A DNA stretch of 63,238 nt, filler included, from Collodictyon triciliatum (Eukaryota), in assembly GCA_043381765.1 (NCBI GenBank). It is 6 parts of 6 records of this genome, joined end to end, with 100 filler letters (N's around TTAATTAATTAA, not from the genome) between each part and the next. Parts side by side here need not be neighbours in the genome. Positions count along the whole stretch, not along the records: positions 1 to 22,436 come from JBHJMP010000250.1; positions 22,537 to 29,120 come from JBHJMP010000251.1; positions 29,221 to 44,629 come from JBHJMP010000253.1; 3 more parts are not named here. One strand, written 5' to 3'. Under the pieces are notes generated by a model, which was not told the origin of the DNA, did not search any database, and was given only the letters and a program-made list of their open reading frames with translations. Each line of letters starts with the position of its first letter. Position 1 is the stretch's first letter. The position numbers and the translations under genes are program-made. Of this stretch, positions 19,301-38,298 are shown in pieces.

Positions 19301-20182
19301 AGACTTGCTTCATTTCAGACGCAGTAAATCCAATCGCGGTCATAGCATTCTACAGGAAAGAGATGTATCTCATTTGCTTTTAAAAAAAAGAAGAAGAAAA
19401 TAGGGGGAGAGGGGCAGGGTATTTGTATGTTCGTGTTCCTTGTTTCTTTATGAATTTTGTTCAACATTGATCAAAAAGCAGTAGAGAGTGGGTTTGTTGG
19501 ATGTGATGCAAAGAGCTTTAGAAACCTGGACAATCTGAAACTCTGCAGAATCCTTAACCCCGGCGATTTCGATGCATCCGCTTTGAGACAAATAATAGTA
19601 TTTGTCTGGAGATTCAAGCGACAACTCAGCTAGGAGTTATGGAGACTCATTATGAGGTAGTAAATTCATTTAATCGTGGTCATTTTCACGTATGTATTGA
19701 CAGAGATATTACAAAAACATTACAGAGTAGATGAATCTTCATAATTTTAAAAGCATTAACTTAAGGTGCATTTAGACATATGAGATGGTGCTGGATGTAT
19801 ATGTTACCTTTCAATTCCTTCGACGCACCCGTTGTGAGTTGGTAAAAGATATGATAGTTTCTTTCCCCTTTGTTTTGGTAGACCAGTCGAGACTATTGAA
19901 TGCGTTAATGATACAATTATGACGAATGAAAAAATATATGGAATCAGAGAAGAGGGAGAGAGAGAGAAAAGTGTAAATCGATCGCAATGGTACAAAAAAA
20001 AAAAAAAAAAAAAAAAAAAAGGAAGAGAATATTTAAAAAAANNNNNNNNNNNNNNNNNNNNNNNNNNNNNNNNNNNNNNNNNNNNNNNNNNNNNNNNNNN
20101 NNNNNNNNNNNNNNNNNNNNNNNNNNNNNNNNNNNNNNNNNAAAAAAGAAAATAAAAAAAAAAATGCAATATAAAATCAATG

Positions 20183-20219
<37 letters not shown>

Positions 20220-20516
20220 TAGAGTACCTTTTCTAACAAGTCTGAAAGTTGATGAACCGATGGAGATGGTTTGTTAAGGAGGAAGGAAAAGGCGCATTAA
20301 TATATGAGAAGTGGACATGATGGATAGGCTTAAATTTGTCATTATCATTTCGGAAAATTATTGCAGATATCATATCTCCTTGGAATCTTACATGTAACGA
20401 TGCAGGCACCCACCACGTTATTGTCTGAGTCAAAGTGAATCTCCAAGAACTTACCCTAAAATTATGGGATGCAGCTCTGGTGAGTGATGAACGAAAGGGG
20501 TAATAGCTTCACTTGA

Positions 20517-20612
<96 letters not shown>

Positions 20613-22218
20613 AGACCCTGCACATTTGCAGAATATTTTTAAGCTTTCATTATTTGAAAGAAGACAATGTGATTAAAAGGTACGAAACGTGACGAATTAT
20701 TATTCCTTAAGGTCTTTGCATTTCCAAATGCTTCTAAAATAGGATTGCTTTCGATGATTCTTCTTTCATTCAGTGCAACCTATACGCAGGGGTAAGAATA
20801 GAGTATATAAGTTATCATGATAAAATATGGAGAATTCGTCCACAAGAATCAATCATCACTGCATAGGAATATTTAGAGGTCTTCGAACTCACTTGGTTAG
20901 CACGTCCTCCAATCTTGACGAGGTATTGCATCACAAATTTGCTAGTTTCAGTCTTCCCAGCACCACTTTCCCCACTAATCAAGATCGACTGATTCTTTTT
21001 CTCTATACATAGGAAAGATAGGTAAAGAAAGTATGAACGAGAAAATTAAAATCATGATTGGGTTACAAATATAGTTTTCTGTAACGAAAAGAATCTGGTA
21101 AATACAGTCTGATGTATAAAAAAAAAAAAAAGTATATCAATGATTGGAGTTTGCGTATGCATTATAATTGTATTATTGTTTGTTGGGTGGACGTTGATAG
21201 GATTAATCAGACCAGCTTTCATGGAGCGGTAAGCACGGTCAGCGATAGCAAAGACATGAGGGGGCATTCGGCCAATGGCTTTCCCGCGATAGTCTTCAAA
21301 GTGTTTCTCCGTGTATAGTGGCAAAGTTTTGTATGGATTTACGGCAATCAAGATGTACCCTACCAGAGTCTGTGTTTTGTTTTAGTATTATACAGGACAG
21401 TGCCAATAGTTGGTTTTTTTCCCTTTGTTCGATTCAAAGAGTGCCAATAGATGGTTATTCTGTATATATTTGAGTTTTCAAACTTACATAAATATCATTC
21501 CGCTTGTATCGCACGGAGAGATTGTGCAGGACAGCAGCTTCATTCAAGTAGGTCAGTTGTGTGTTATCTGGGACGCCGTCTAGCTCAGGATTATTTGCCT
21601 GGAGGGCTTGTTCCTTGGCATAGGTCAAAACCTGAACAAAAGTGGTATAAAATATATTTATAGGCAAGGTAAATTGGAATGATTCACATTATGTACCTCA
21701 TACGATTAACAAATGTAGTTTTTATATTGGTTAATTCATTCAAAAATATGATGAAATGTCGAAAATATGCGCATGTATAGATGATTTTAGTTTAACTGTT
21801 TCATTATTATTTCTATCTTTTAATAACTGTTAGTATAGTGCTTTCATATATTTACCGATGATTAGAATAGAATAGAATAAAATAAAAAGGCACCTTCCCA
21901 GATTTTTCCTTGTATATGTACTGGGATTGATCCGGGGACGCCTCTGCAAGAACATAGCCGAGTGTTGCGTGCGGAACCCAGCCAAGGATCTTTTCTGGAG
22001 CCTGAGTTTCCCAGTATTATCAGCCACATTGTGGAATAAGGATGATAGCAGACACAAATGAAATGCCGAAGTATGTTTGCAGACAGCGAAAAACGCTTCG
22101 AGGAAACATGGCTTCGATCATAACTTGATCGTGAGACAGAAGTGCGGTCGACTCGGCAAGATATGAAGAAAACAAGAAGGGAAGCTACCTTAGGTCGCCC
22201 GCCTGGATTGCTTAACAT
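8818..22218 (-). CDS. Myosin heavy chain, class VI-like motor with IQ neck, SAH region and long coiled-coil tail; about 57 exons
   Basis: Spliced translation gives [20 protein letters not shown]-loop [11 protein letters not shown], switch [44 protein letters not shown], switch [38 protein letters not shown] and converter [11 protein letters not shown]. These are followed by IQ-like [12 protein letters not shown] and [12 protein letters not shown], an E/R/K-rich helix and heptad repeats. The 3'-most exons (stop at 8818) are the best of several possible models. Confidence 0.95.
8946..9015. repeat. (AAT)n microsatellite in a terminal myosin intron
   Basis: Directly visible. Confidence 0.95.
14602..14684. 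repeat. (ATTGAT)n hexamer microsatellite in a myosin intron
   Basis: Directly visible. Confidence 0.95.
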
Positions 22219-22480
22219 CCTCTTTTGACTGCAAACTATGGCGAAGAGGATTTTTGAATGAAGCCACAAAGACAAAAAAAAGACAAAGACAAAGACAACC
22301 CCAGAGACCCACCAGTCCCCACAGCAGCGCTCTCTCTCTCTCTCTCTCTTTCTCTCTTTCTCTCTTTCTCTCTTTCTCTCTTTCTCTCTTTCTCTCTTTC
22401 TCTCTTTCTCTCTTTCTCTCTTTCTCTCTTTCTCTCNNNNNNNNNNNNNNNNNNNNNNNNNNNNNNNNNNNNNNNNNNNN

Positions 22481-22492
22481 TTAATTAATTAA
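22481..22492. other. Artificial contig linker TTAATTAATTAA (stops in all six frames) flanked by Ns
   Basis: The identical 12-mer inside N padding recurs five times in the window. Confidence 0.97.
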
Positions 22493-22713
22493 NNNNNNNN
22501 NNNNNNNNNNNNNNNNNNNNNNNNNNNNNNNNNNNNTTTTTTTTTTTTTTTTCTTTTTTCTTTTTTCTTTTTTTCTTTTTTTCTTTTTTCTTTTTTTTTT
22601 CTCACAATTAGGTTCAGCAGTTTGTAACGCTAATAGACAACATCTCACTTTGGTTGTCCTAGTGAGAGACACTTAAATAAGCTTAAGAACGCGCTTCTTG
22701 TAGATCCAACACC

Positions 22714-25585
22714 ATGTTGATGGAAGAGCCTCTGCCGCTGGTTACCCTCAATGAAGAGACAGGCGAGTTTCAGATCGTCAGAGAAGCCTTTGAAATGCTT
22801 CAAGCCATCGATGACCCGGTTTATGTATGGTTTCACGTTTCCTTTTTTTTTTAAAAAGAAAAAAAGCTAGCCTTTTATCCTACGAATATTGCACTATAGC
22901 ATACTTTTACTTCCTTTTTTTTCTCCTTATCTAATAGTCTTTATCTTTGTCTTCGTCTATCTCTTTGTCATTACAGGTTGTCGCGATCGCAGGTATTTAC
23001 CGCACTGGGAAAAGCTTCGTGTTGAATCAACTTGTCGGAAAGACAGACGGATTCGACATCGGCTCTACTATTGAGCCATGCACTCAAGTATTTTTTTCAT
23101 TCATTCTCTTCAACATAGTATTTTGATATTTGCATGTTTTAGAGTCATCTATCTCTATAAATATCTTTTAGATTCATTAATTAAATCATAATGATAATAG
23201 GGCATATGGCTTTGGTTGGCTGATGAAACGAATGTCGATGTTGCGGAATTTGGCTTGCCACCCAAGTTTAAACTTGTTATGTTGGATACTGAGGTCTTTA
23301 AGCTATTTCTACTTTGCTTTTTATTTCAACTAGCAAATAATTCATCTATTCTCACAATTTTCTGTTCTTTTCTTAAAAAAAATAAATAAATAAATGACAG
23401 GGCCTGGGTTCGTTTTCCAAGTCGGAAACTTACGATATCCAGATCTTCTCTCTCTCCCTGCTGCTCAGTTCTTACTTCATCTACAACAGTCTTGGAAGCA
23501 TCGACGAGACTGCCATCGATCGCCTTTCGTTTGTCTTCATGAAACCTGCTTTCGTGATAACTGATGTGACAGTGTTATAACTTTTGTTTATATAATACCT
23601 AGATTGGTCCTTGAACTTTCCAAGCACATTCAGGCACAAACAGACTCTGTCAGCGATCCCTATCAGTTGAAGCTTTTCTTCCCTTCCTTCTTGTGGTTAG
23701 TCCGTGACTTCAGCTTAGAACTTAGCGCTGGAGGTAGGCAAATATCGTCACGGGAGTATTTGGAGAATGCCTTATTGCCATCTAAGGTACATGTTTTCTA
23801 AAATAATCAACCATAGCTATGTTTTATGACTCATAGTGTTTTCACTCTCAGATACCCTATGCCCAAATATTATCATCCCATAATAATTTGGTTTCTAGAT
23901 TTTGCCTCATGTATTTATCCTTCCATTTACGAAAAACTTATTCTAGGGAGACCCCAGTCGTGTTGGTGGAAAAAACGCCATTCGGAATGCCATCACCCAA
24001 TTTTTCGGAGACCGTGATTGTTATACCATGAAGCGCCCAGTTGGAGATGAGGAGAAACTCCAAAATCTTCGCTCTCTTCCACTCGATCAGTTCCGCCCCG
24101 AATATTTGGAGCAGATGAAAGAGTTGAAGAAGAAAATATTAACAAGCCTAAAGCCAAAGACTATGTTTGGAAGCCCTCTGAACGGAACAAGTAGGGAACT
24201 TTAAGCGAATGAAAGAAAATATCTATTTCATTTAGATCATACCACGAAGTGTTTGTTATATCGTACGTGTGTTAACAAAAGCCCTCCTTTAGTGTTGGCT
24301 GAACTCATGGAGAACTACGTGAAGGCAATAAACGAAGGAGGGGTTCCTGTTATTAAAACTGCGTGGGAAAACGTGTCATTGATGCAGTGCCAGAAAGCTT
24401 TGGATGATAGCAAGGCTTTTTATACAAAGACGTAACTATGCTCTTTATAATTTTCAAGATAAATACGACACCAAGATCTGATGAAGCATAATTTTTGTGC
24501 CTGACTTTCGTATTATCAATGACATTAAGCATTACGACTTCGTTGGAGGCTTCACAAGCTCTTGATTTGGGTAACTTTATCCGACTACATCGAGATACTT
24601 ATTGGCAAGCATTCACAGTATTTCGTAGAATCGCAGTGGGTGAGGAGATTCCCAAGTACGAGAGAGATTTCAAGGTTTGCGATTCAGTTATTCTTCAGGG
24701 TGCTATCATAACCATTTCTCTCCCGTTCAGATGACTGATGACAGTATATTAGGAATATGTTGATGAGCAATTTGCTATCCTATTCCTTCAAAATGCCACA
24801 AAATCTCAATCAGAGTGCGAGAGCTTAATTACTGGTATTTAATTTATTCCATCTTTATCGCTCTGTATTTTTAATATCGTTATTGTTCAAAGAATATTAG
24901 CGTGTTCATAGTTAACGAAATGTTAACCCTGTAAAAAAAAAAAAAAAGGTCTGTCCAAACACACAAACGAATTTATCAACTCTTCGGAACTTAGTACCAT
25001 TTTGCAGCTGAAAAAAACATGGGAGGTAAACCTGGTCCATCCTACGAGATGACCAATAAACTATTCTCAAATGTTGAAATGGAACTAATACGACATTTAT
25101 CGCTACATAACCGATTGCCAGGAAACCCTCGAAAAATACTTGTCTGCTGGTAGTGGCCCAAAAAAATCTCAAGTGATATCTAACCATGTTCGCAATCGAC
25201 TATTAGATCAAGCAAGACGAGTACGCTTCTAATATATTATACATACCTACGTTTTAATTCATCATGAAACCCATATTTCGCTTCATTCAAGCTTACCCAA
25301 GAGCATATTGTAAAGGTATGCTTTCTCTCCTTTTTCGTACTCCTTGTCCTCAGGTTTCCAGGATTATGGTTACCAACACTGCGAAAGAAGGTGAAGAAGC
25401 CATTAGGAAGGTGGAGGCTGCAGCACAGGAAAAATATTCAAAACTTGAGGGAGAATATATGAACATAAATGCACAAAGAAGAGATCTGGAGGTTAGTATT
25501 GATTAATTTTTCCTTTTTTTTCTCTCTCTCCTTTTTTTTCTCTCTCTCCTTTTTTTTCTCTCTCTCCTTTTTTTTCTCTCTTCTT

Positions 25586-25671
<86 letters not shown>

Positions 25672-25771
25672 NNNNNNNNNNNNNNNNNNNNNNNNNNNNN
25701 NNNNNNNNNNNNNNNNNNNNNNNNNNNNNNNNNNNNNNNNNNNNNNNNNNNNNNNNNNNNNNNNNNNNNNN

Positions 25772-25853
<82 letters not shown>

Positions 25854-26354
25854 CTTTTTTTTTTTTTCTCTTCTTTTTTTTTCTCTTCTTTTTTTCTCTT
25901 CTTTTCTATGGATGCACCCTCGGGTCTAAACTACCTGCCAAAGTAAACTCCTATACTCCAATCCACACAGGAAGTCATCCGCGGCCTGCAACTGGAAAAG
26001 CGCAAAGCCGAAGATCGCCTGACCGAAGCCGATGGCCTCCTACAGGAGCAAAAAAACGAGCGAAAGAAAATTGAGTCCAGCCTTGACTCCATGAACCAAA
26101 AGAACGCCCACTTGGTACGCGCACCGCTCACAATGAACCCTGCATCCTGCCCCTTGGCACTCCTCGCAACACCCACACTCAAGCACTGCATTCTCTAGGA
26201 AGAAGACGCTCGTCGCTTGGTAGACGAAATCAAGGCTCAAGAGGGCAAAGTGACTGAGCTGAAAAAGTCGAATCAAACCACGAAAAAGGAGAAGGAAGAA
26301 CTGCAGAACCAAGTGGAGGAGCTCCAGAACCGCCGAAACTGCTCAGTCATGTAA
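22714..26354 (+). CDS. Guanylate-binding protein (GBP family large GTPase) with helical tail and C-terminal CaaX (CSVM); 14 exons
   Basis: G1 VVAIAGIYRTGKSFVLNQL, G2 GSTIEPCTQGIWLW, G3 LDTEGLGS, LSSYFIYNSLGSIDE, G4 FPSFLWLVRDFSLEL, EYLENAL, YVKAINEGGVPVIKTAW, GSGPKK; coiled-coil tail ending QNRRNCSVM*. Confidence 0.93.
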
Positions 26355-26855
26355 GCCGACTCTCCGCTCGTTGGGGTGTCCGTAGCTTGTGCCTTTCGTG
26401 CGTGTGCTTGGCTCTCTATCTCTCTCCTTGATGCATAAAAAGAAAGGGAGAAAGAAAGACAGAAAGAAAGAAGCCTGTGAATTAGCATGTAAAACATAAC
26501 CCGGAAAGTCTGTTGCCCTCCATCTGCGCCGCGCATGCAAACGCCCAAGGACTCTCCAGTATCTTAACTAACATTGCAACTATCAAACCTCCATATCTGT
26601 TTTTTCTTTCTTTTTCGTTTTTGTTTGTGTTTATGTTTTCGCTCTTCGTTTAATGAAGAAAAATGAATAGAGGGAGGGAAATGACATCGCTTTTTAACTG
26701 GAGGTGCCTGCTGAATTCCTCCATTTTGTCTGGCGCACAAAGGAGGAATTCAACCGAGGAGCTGCGCAATTGAAAAGAAAAGCAGGAGGCCCAGAGAGCG
26801 GACGAGGGATGAATATCGCCTGTGTCAGTTTATCGTTCCGTGGTAAATGCTGCGT

Positions 26856-28882
26856 TTACATCAGAATGGTGGGTTCGGGGACGCTCTGGTTGATGGATTT
26901 GTGGGGCAGGATGCGGGCTCCGTTGATGTAGAGTTCGTCTGCAACGTGGACGTCCTCTCCAAAGACTGACACGCTTTCCACACGGCTCTGTTGGAGGTAA
27001 GTCAGAAAATAAGGANNNNNNNNNNNNNNNNNNNNNNNNNNNNNNNNNNNNNNNNNNNNNNNNNNNNNNNNNNNNNNNNNNNNNNNNNNNNNNNNNNNNN
27101 NNNNNNNNNNNNNNNNNNNNNNNNNNNNNNNNNNNNNNNNNNNNNNNNNNNNNNNNNNNNNNNNNNNNNNNNNNNNNNNNNNNNNNNNNNNNNNNNNNNN
27201 NNNNNNNNNNNNNNNNNNNNNNNNNNNNNNNNNNNNNNNNNNNNNNNNNNNNNNNNNNNNNNNNNNNNNNNNNNNNNNNNNNNNNNNNNNNNNNNNNNNN
27301 NNNNNNNNNNNNNNNNNNNNNNNNNNNNNNNNNNNNNNNNNNNNNNNNNNNNNNNNNNNNNNNNNNNNNNNNNNNNNNNNNNNNNNNNNNNNNNNNNNNN
27401 NNNNNNNNNNNNNNNNNNNNNNNNNNNNNNNNTTTAAGCTAGGTATTCACTATGGTTCATGCTTGATTCGTTAGGGTCGGAGTTATTTCTCGAACGGAAG
27501 GAAATATGAAGAAAAAAGAACTCGTGGAAATTATATGCTATTATCAAATGAAATGAAAATCAAGAATACCATCCTCAATGACACAGTTTGGTCCGATGGT
27601 CACATTTGGTCCAATGACGCAGCCATTTCCAATCTTTGCTGACGGGTCCTGCAGTTTTCAAGAAGAACGAGCAAAGTACGATTATTAATACTAACTAAAT
27701 TTTCTTTCAACAGGTATGTAAGGATGTTCTCTCATTTTCATGTTGAGAGCGCTCTCCCGTTCTTTGTGAGAGCATTGAATACTTTATATGCATAAACGAA
27801 CATAAGATAAGAAAGAATAGGGAAGAGAGGTTCCCATGTGTTCTGAAATTTGACATATGATGTAAGTACGAAATGTGATGCGAAAAAATAGTATCTATTA
27901 GAGACTAACGATCAAAACGTTCCCGACAATATGGGCACCAGTTGCGAGAACTGCAGGACTTCTCTCTCGGAGAGAAGCGAGGTATAGGGTGGCTCCGATG
28001 AGGAAGTCCTTTGGCTGCCCGACATCCATCCAGAAGCCAGGAAGCTCCATCGAGTAAAGGTTTCCTTCTGATGCCATCTGAGGGAAGATTTCTTTCTCGA
28101 TACTTGTAGGGCGAACCTTTGAATCAGGACGGGCATTTAGTGCAACTTGATCACGTTGGAAATCATGTGATACTATAGTTAGTGGAACAGAGCAGATTCA
28201 TGTCGTTGATTGCCTCCCCACAGGCCGTTATAGTCAAAATAATATGGCTTCTAGTAATATATGAATATATACATCGATGCGGTCGAGAATGGCAGGGTTG
28301 AAGATGTAGAGTCCAGCATTGATCTTGTTTCCGACGTATTCTTTCTCCGGTTTTTCCACGAAGCGGTTGATTTTACCGTCGGCATCCGACACAACAACAC
28401 CATATTTTGAAGGCTCCTCAACTTTGGTAACCTATAAACAGACGACATGAGACTTTGTCATAATGATTTAGCTTGTATGCGGTTACTTCAAGGAAGATAA
28501 GGTGTTGATTTTTTTCTCTCTCATCAAACAAGAGGAATGAAAATATGGTGTTCATATTACAATAAAAAGAGTTCGAAAATAGACCCTCGTTAACGGTGGT
28601 AGGAGGAGATATACAATTAGCTCATTGATAGGCCTTGTCTTATGAGCTATTCATGGTAATATGGTGTATGTTTACATAAGAAGACAGCAGACCATGATTG
28701 TTCCTTCTTTTCCGTGTGCACGGTGGAACTTGAGGAGGTCCTCCAGAGGGAATTCGCAGATGACATCACTGTTGAGGACAAAGAAAGGTTCTCCATCGCG
28801 CAGGAGATCACGGGCGAGAGCGATCGGTCCAGCAGTTCCAAGCGGCGTGGTCTCTCGCGAGTACGAGATCTTAATTCCAATC
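26856..28882 (-). CDS. GMPPB: Mannose-1-phosphate guanylyltransferase / GDP-mannose pyrophosphorylase (beta type), partial: N-terminus beyond the contig end, one internal segment in the N gap
   Basis: [87 protein letters not shown], hexapeptide repeats [27 protein letters not shown], and C-terminus [23 protein letters not shown]...ILM*. Confidence 0.95.
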
Positions 28883-29034
28883 TGAGTCAAAGAAAACAAA
28901 AGGAGAGGTATCAGATTAGAAAAAGGAAAATCAATATCCACAAGATATTTCGTGAACATCTCCCTCATACATTATCAGGTATTCCTTATTTTAAAATTTT
29001 TCGGCTGTTGCTTGGTCCTTCACTTTTGTTTTTT

Positions 29035-29120
29035 GTTTTTGGTTTTTGGGTTTTTGGGTTTTTGGGTTTTTGGGTTTTTGGGTTTTTGGGTTTTTGGGTT
29101 TTTGGGTTTTTGGGTTTTTG
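29035..29120. repeat. (TTTTTGGG)n octamer tandem repeat at the contig end
   Basis: Directly visible; lies in what must be an intron of the GMPPB gene. Confidence 0.9.
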
Positions 29121-29164
29121 NNNNNNNNNNNNNNNNNNNNNNNNNNNNNNNNNNNNNNNNNNNN

Positions 29165-29176
29165 TTAATTAATTAA
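29165..29176. other. Artificial contig linker TTAATTAATTAA
   Basis: Same linker in N padding. Confidence 0.97.
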
Positions 29177-29256
29177 NNNNNNNNNNNNNNNNNNNNNNNN
29201 NNNNNNNNNNNNNNNNNNNNTTTTTTTCCCCCCCCCCCCCCTCTCCTCAAAAATAA

Positions 29257-35400
<6,144 letters not shown>

Positions 35401-35798
35401 GCCTACTTTCAAGAACCAAGCAAAACATCGCAGTGCATAAACATTATTACCCTCATCTAATACACCGAATCGTTTGCTTCATGATTATATTTCCTGCTGA
35501 TTGCCTCGCTTCACAAGGCCGCTCTTTGATGTTCTTGTTCTTGTTCTTGTTGTTGCTGCTGTCGTTTGGTACTATATATTCGGCCAAGGAATATCAGAGC
35601 GAGAACATCCGCCAAGGGTGTCCTTGCCCAAGAGCGCGAAACAAAGATTATACGGAAACAAAAGCAACATGATATTACAGCCATGTGACAGAGTGTGTGT
35701 CCAAACTCGCGGTCTGCTTTGCTTATCCTTTTCTTTTCTTGCCTTTTTTTTCAAGTACTAGTTTGCTATTGCCTTTGCTGTTCTTTTCGGTCCACGCT

Positions 35799-36015
35799 AT
35801 GAAGGAGCGCTCATCGAGAGCGCGTGTAGTGCTTTGTCTGTGTCTACTTCTGTCGTTGATCCTGTTCGAGTCTGCGCCCTCCGCAGCGATCTCATTCGAT
35901 CGGATCCCCAGACACAACTCGAGGTCTGTCCCCCAACTGGCCAAGCAGCTGCAAAACAGCCAGTGCCTTTCGTATCAGCAGTGCTTGACGGACTGTGTGG
36001 GCGTCTCGGTTAGGC

Positions 36016-36090
<75 letters not shown>

Positions 36091-36164
36091 TCGAATTGGT
36101 TGTCTTATTCATATTATTAATGTACTATTTCATCATCATTATCATCATCATTATTATTATTATC

Positions 36165-36221
<57 letters not shown>

Positions 36222-36727
36222 TCATTATTATTTCATTATTATTACTATTAGTATTATTATTAGTACTTAATTTATATTTTCGTTCCTATGATTTATGCAT
36301 ACAGCGTTTCAAAATTGCGCTCTGACTAAAATATATTTCCATTATGATTTTATCTTATCAATTAGAGTGAATGTGAACATATGTGCCAAGCTCTTCAATG
36401 TGTAGTTGATTCAAAAACTGGTGGTATGTCATAAAAAAAAAAGCAACCAACAACAATCTCATTTATATTTATCTCCAACGTTTTTCTTCTTTTATCATCT
36501 AGGAAATTAAAGTAATTTACTGATATCACTCACTCACGCTTGATAAACCAGAATAGCTCCTTAATCACTACCTTTTCATAACACCAATCCCATTTGCTCC
36601 GTCATTGATTTCATAACAAACAGAGACAAGACCAAAGGTACCGTTCGGTGATCTCATGCGCAAAATAAAGGAGGCCAATCCCGCATCCAAGTTCATGGAT
36701 AGAATCCGGGATGCAATCCGCACATAA
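35799..36727 (+). CDS. Small putative secreted cysteine-containing orphan protein (3 exons, about 125 aa)
   Basis: Exons ~35799-36008, ~36366-36423 and ~36624-36727 splice in frame: MKERSSRARVVLCLCLLLSLILFESAPSAA (signal-peptide-like) ...SQCLSYQQCLTDCVGVS-SECEHMCQALQCVVDSKTG-ETRPKVPFGDLMRKIKEANPASKFMDRIRDAIRT*. Confidence 0.7.
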
Positions 36728-36882
36728 AGCCATACCATCATGGATACATACCGATCTATTATATCACTGCGCAATTATTCCCCTTCTCTCAGGCTTGTTT
36801 GATATTCTGCTGTGTACATTTCGTTTTTTTTATTTGTATACATATATTTAAATATATACGCATGTTTGTTTGCATGTTTGTT

Positions 36883-36993
<111 letters not shown>

Positions 36994-37234
36994 GTAATGC
37001 ATCAAGTCGCACACAAAGCAAACACAGATTCCGTGGTTTTGCGCAGCTGAATCGCGTATTTCAGTTGCTCAGTCGTTTCACCCTCGAAGCAAAAATCTAA
37101 TTCTGGAATATAATGACCCACGGGTTTTTTGATCAAAAACAAGGATCAAAACTCATCAAAGCAACACAAACGACAGAAGAGAAGCCCCAGACAAAAGCAA
37201 CACAAGGACAACTGAGAAGAGCAACTCCAAAGCC

Positions 37235-38298
37235 ATGGTGAGAAAAAAACAAACTCCGCATGAGTCTCTTCTCTCATAAGCAGACCCGCTGGTGAAATGA
37301 GGAAAAAACGGCGTGGTCTTTCACTTTCCTGTTTTTTTTCCTTTGTTTATTTTATCCATCCACTACAAAACATACAAAGCCCCTTTTCATTTTATCTTTC
37401 CCGACCAACATGACTTAAAATGCTTCTTCACGTAAAAAAAAAAAAATATTTGTAGGCCGATAAGTTCAACCTCAACAGCCAAGTAAGTATCAGCAGCAGC
37501 ATCGCAACCTCTGCCCAAAGCATATTTTTTTAAAAAAAGTGTTTTCTGTAATAACACGGACAGATCGAGCTTTTGCAGTCAAAGTATGTGGGGACTGGAC
37601 ATGCTGATTTGACTCGTTTGTAAGTGGTTCCATATCTCTTACTCTCATTTATACGCCTAAATACTCGAGGCTAGGCGACAGATTCATGCATGAAGATGCA
37701 GGAAACTCCGCTCTAATGTTTGGCCTCATTGCTATGGCTTCATGCTATTCTTTCTGTGTTTTTCTATCCAAACATAACATAATGCTTTTTATATCATCAT
37801 TAAACATGGGCCAACAATCTGCTTGTTTACTTTGTCATTTGCTCTTTACCAGCGAATGGGCATTGAACCAACACCGCGACAGCTATGCTTCTTATATTGG
37901 ACACTCATCCATGTTGAGCTACATTGCCGTTGCTGAGAATGAATCGATTGGCAGAGTTCGACAGAAATTCTTGCAGGTGCGTTTCTACTCCCTGAGAATT
38001 TCTTTTTGTTATGTTTTTATTGAATTTTACTTTACTTTCATCAATATGCGTTAATTTTAGCAGTTCATTATTATTATTCTTATTGTCTTTGTTGCATATT
38101 TTTTCTTGAATAAAAAAAAAAAAAGAAAGAAAAAAGGCATATCCGAAAACACAAATGTTGGTTAGGGTGGTGTCTATGTGATATCCATGAGTTTTGTATT
38201 GTTTTGTTTTATGGGATAACCACGTGGAGCTAATCTCCTGAACCTCCTAGAAAATGATTCAACCCTGCGGCCCGCCACCCGCTCGCGCTGACGAGTAA
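37235..38298 (+). CDS. SF3B5: Splicing factor 3B subunit 5 (SF3b10/Ysf3), 5 coding exons
   Basis: M|ADKFNLNSQ|IELLQSKYVGTGHADLTRF|EWALNQHRDSYASYIGHSSMLSYIAVAENESIGRVRQKFLQ|KMIQPCGPPPARADE*. The first coding exon is the ATG alone. Confidence 0.95.

Noticed and set aside
22218-22714. Myosin and GBP as a divergent gene pair sharing a promoter
   Set aside because: A contig linker lies between them, so the adjacency is artificial.
29035-29120. (T5G3)n as a telomere
   Set aside because: It has telomere-like orientation at a contig end, but the GMPPB N-terminal exons must lie beyond it. It is more simply an intronic microsatellite that broke the assembly.
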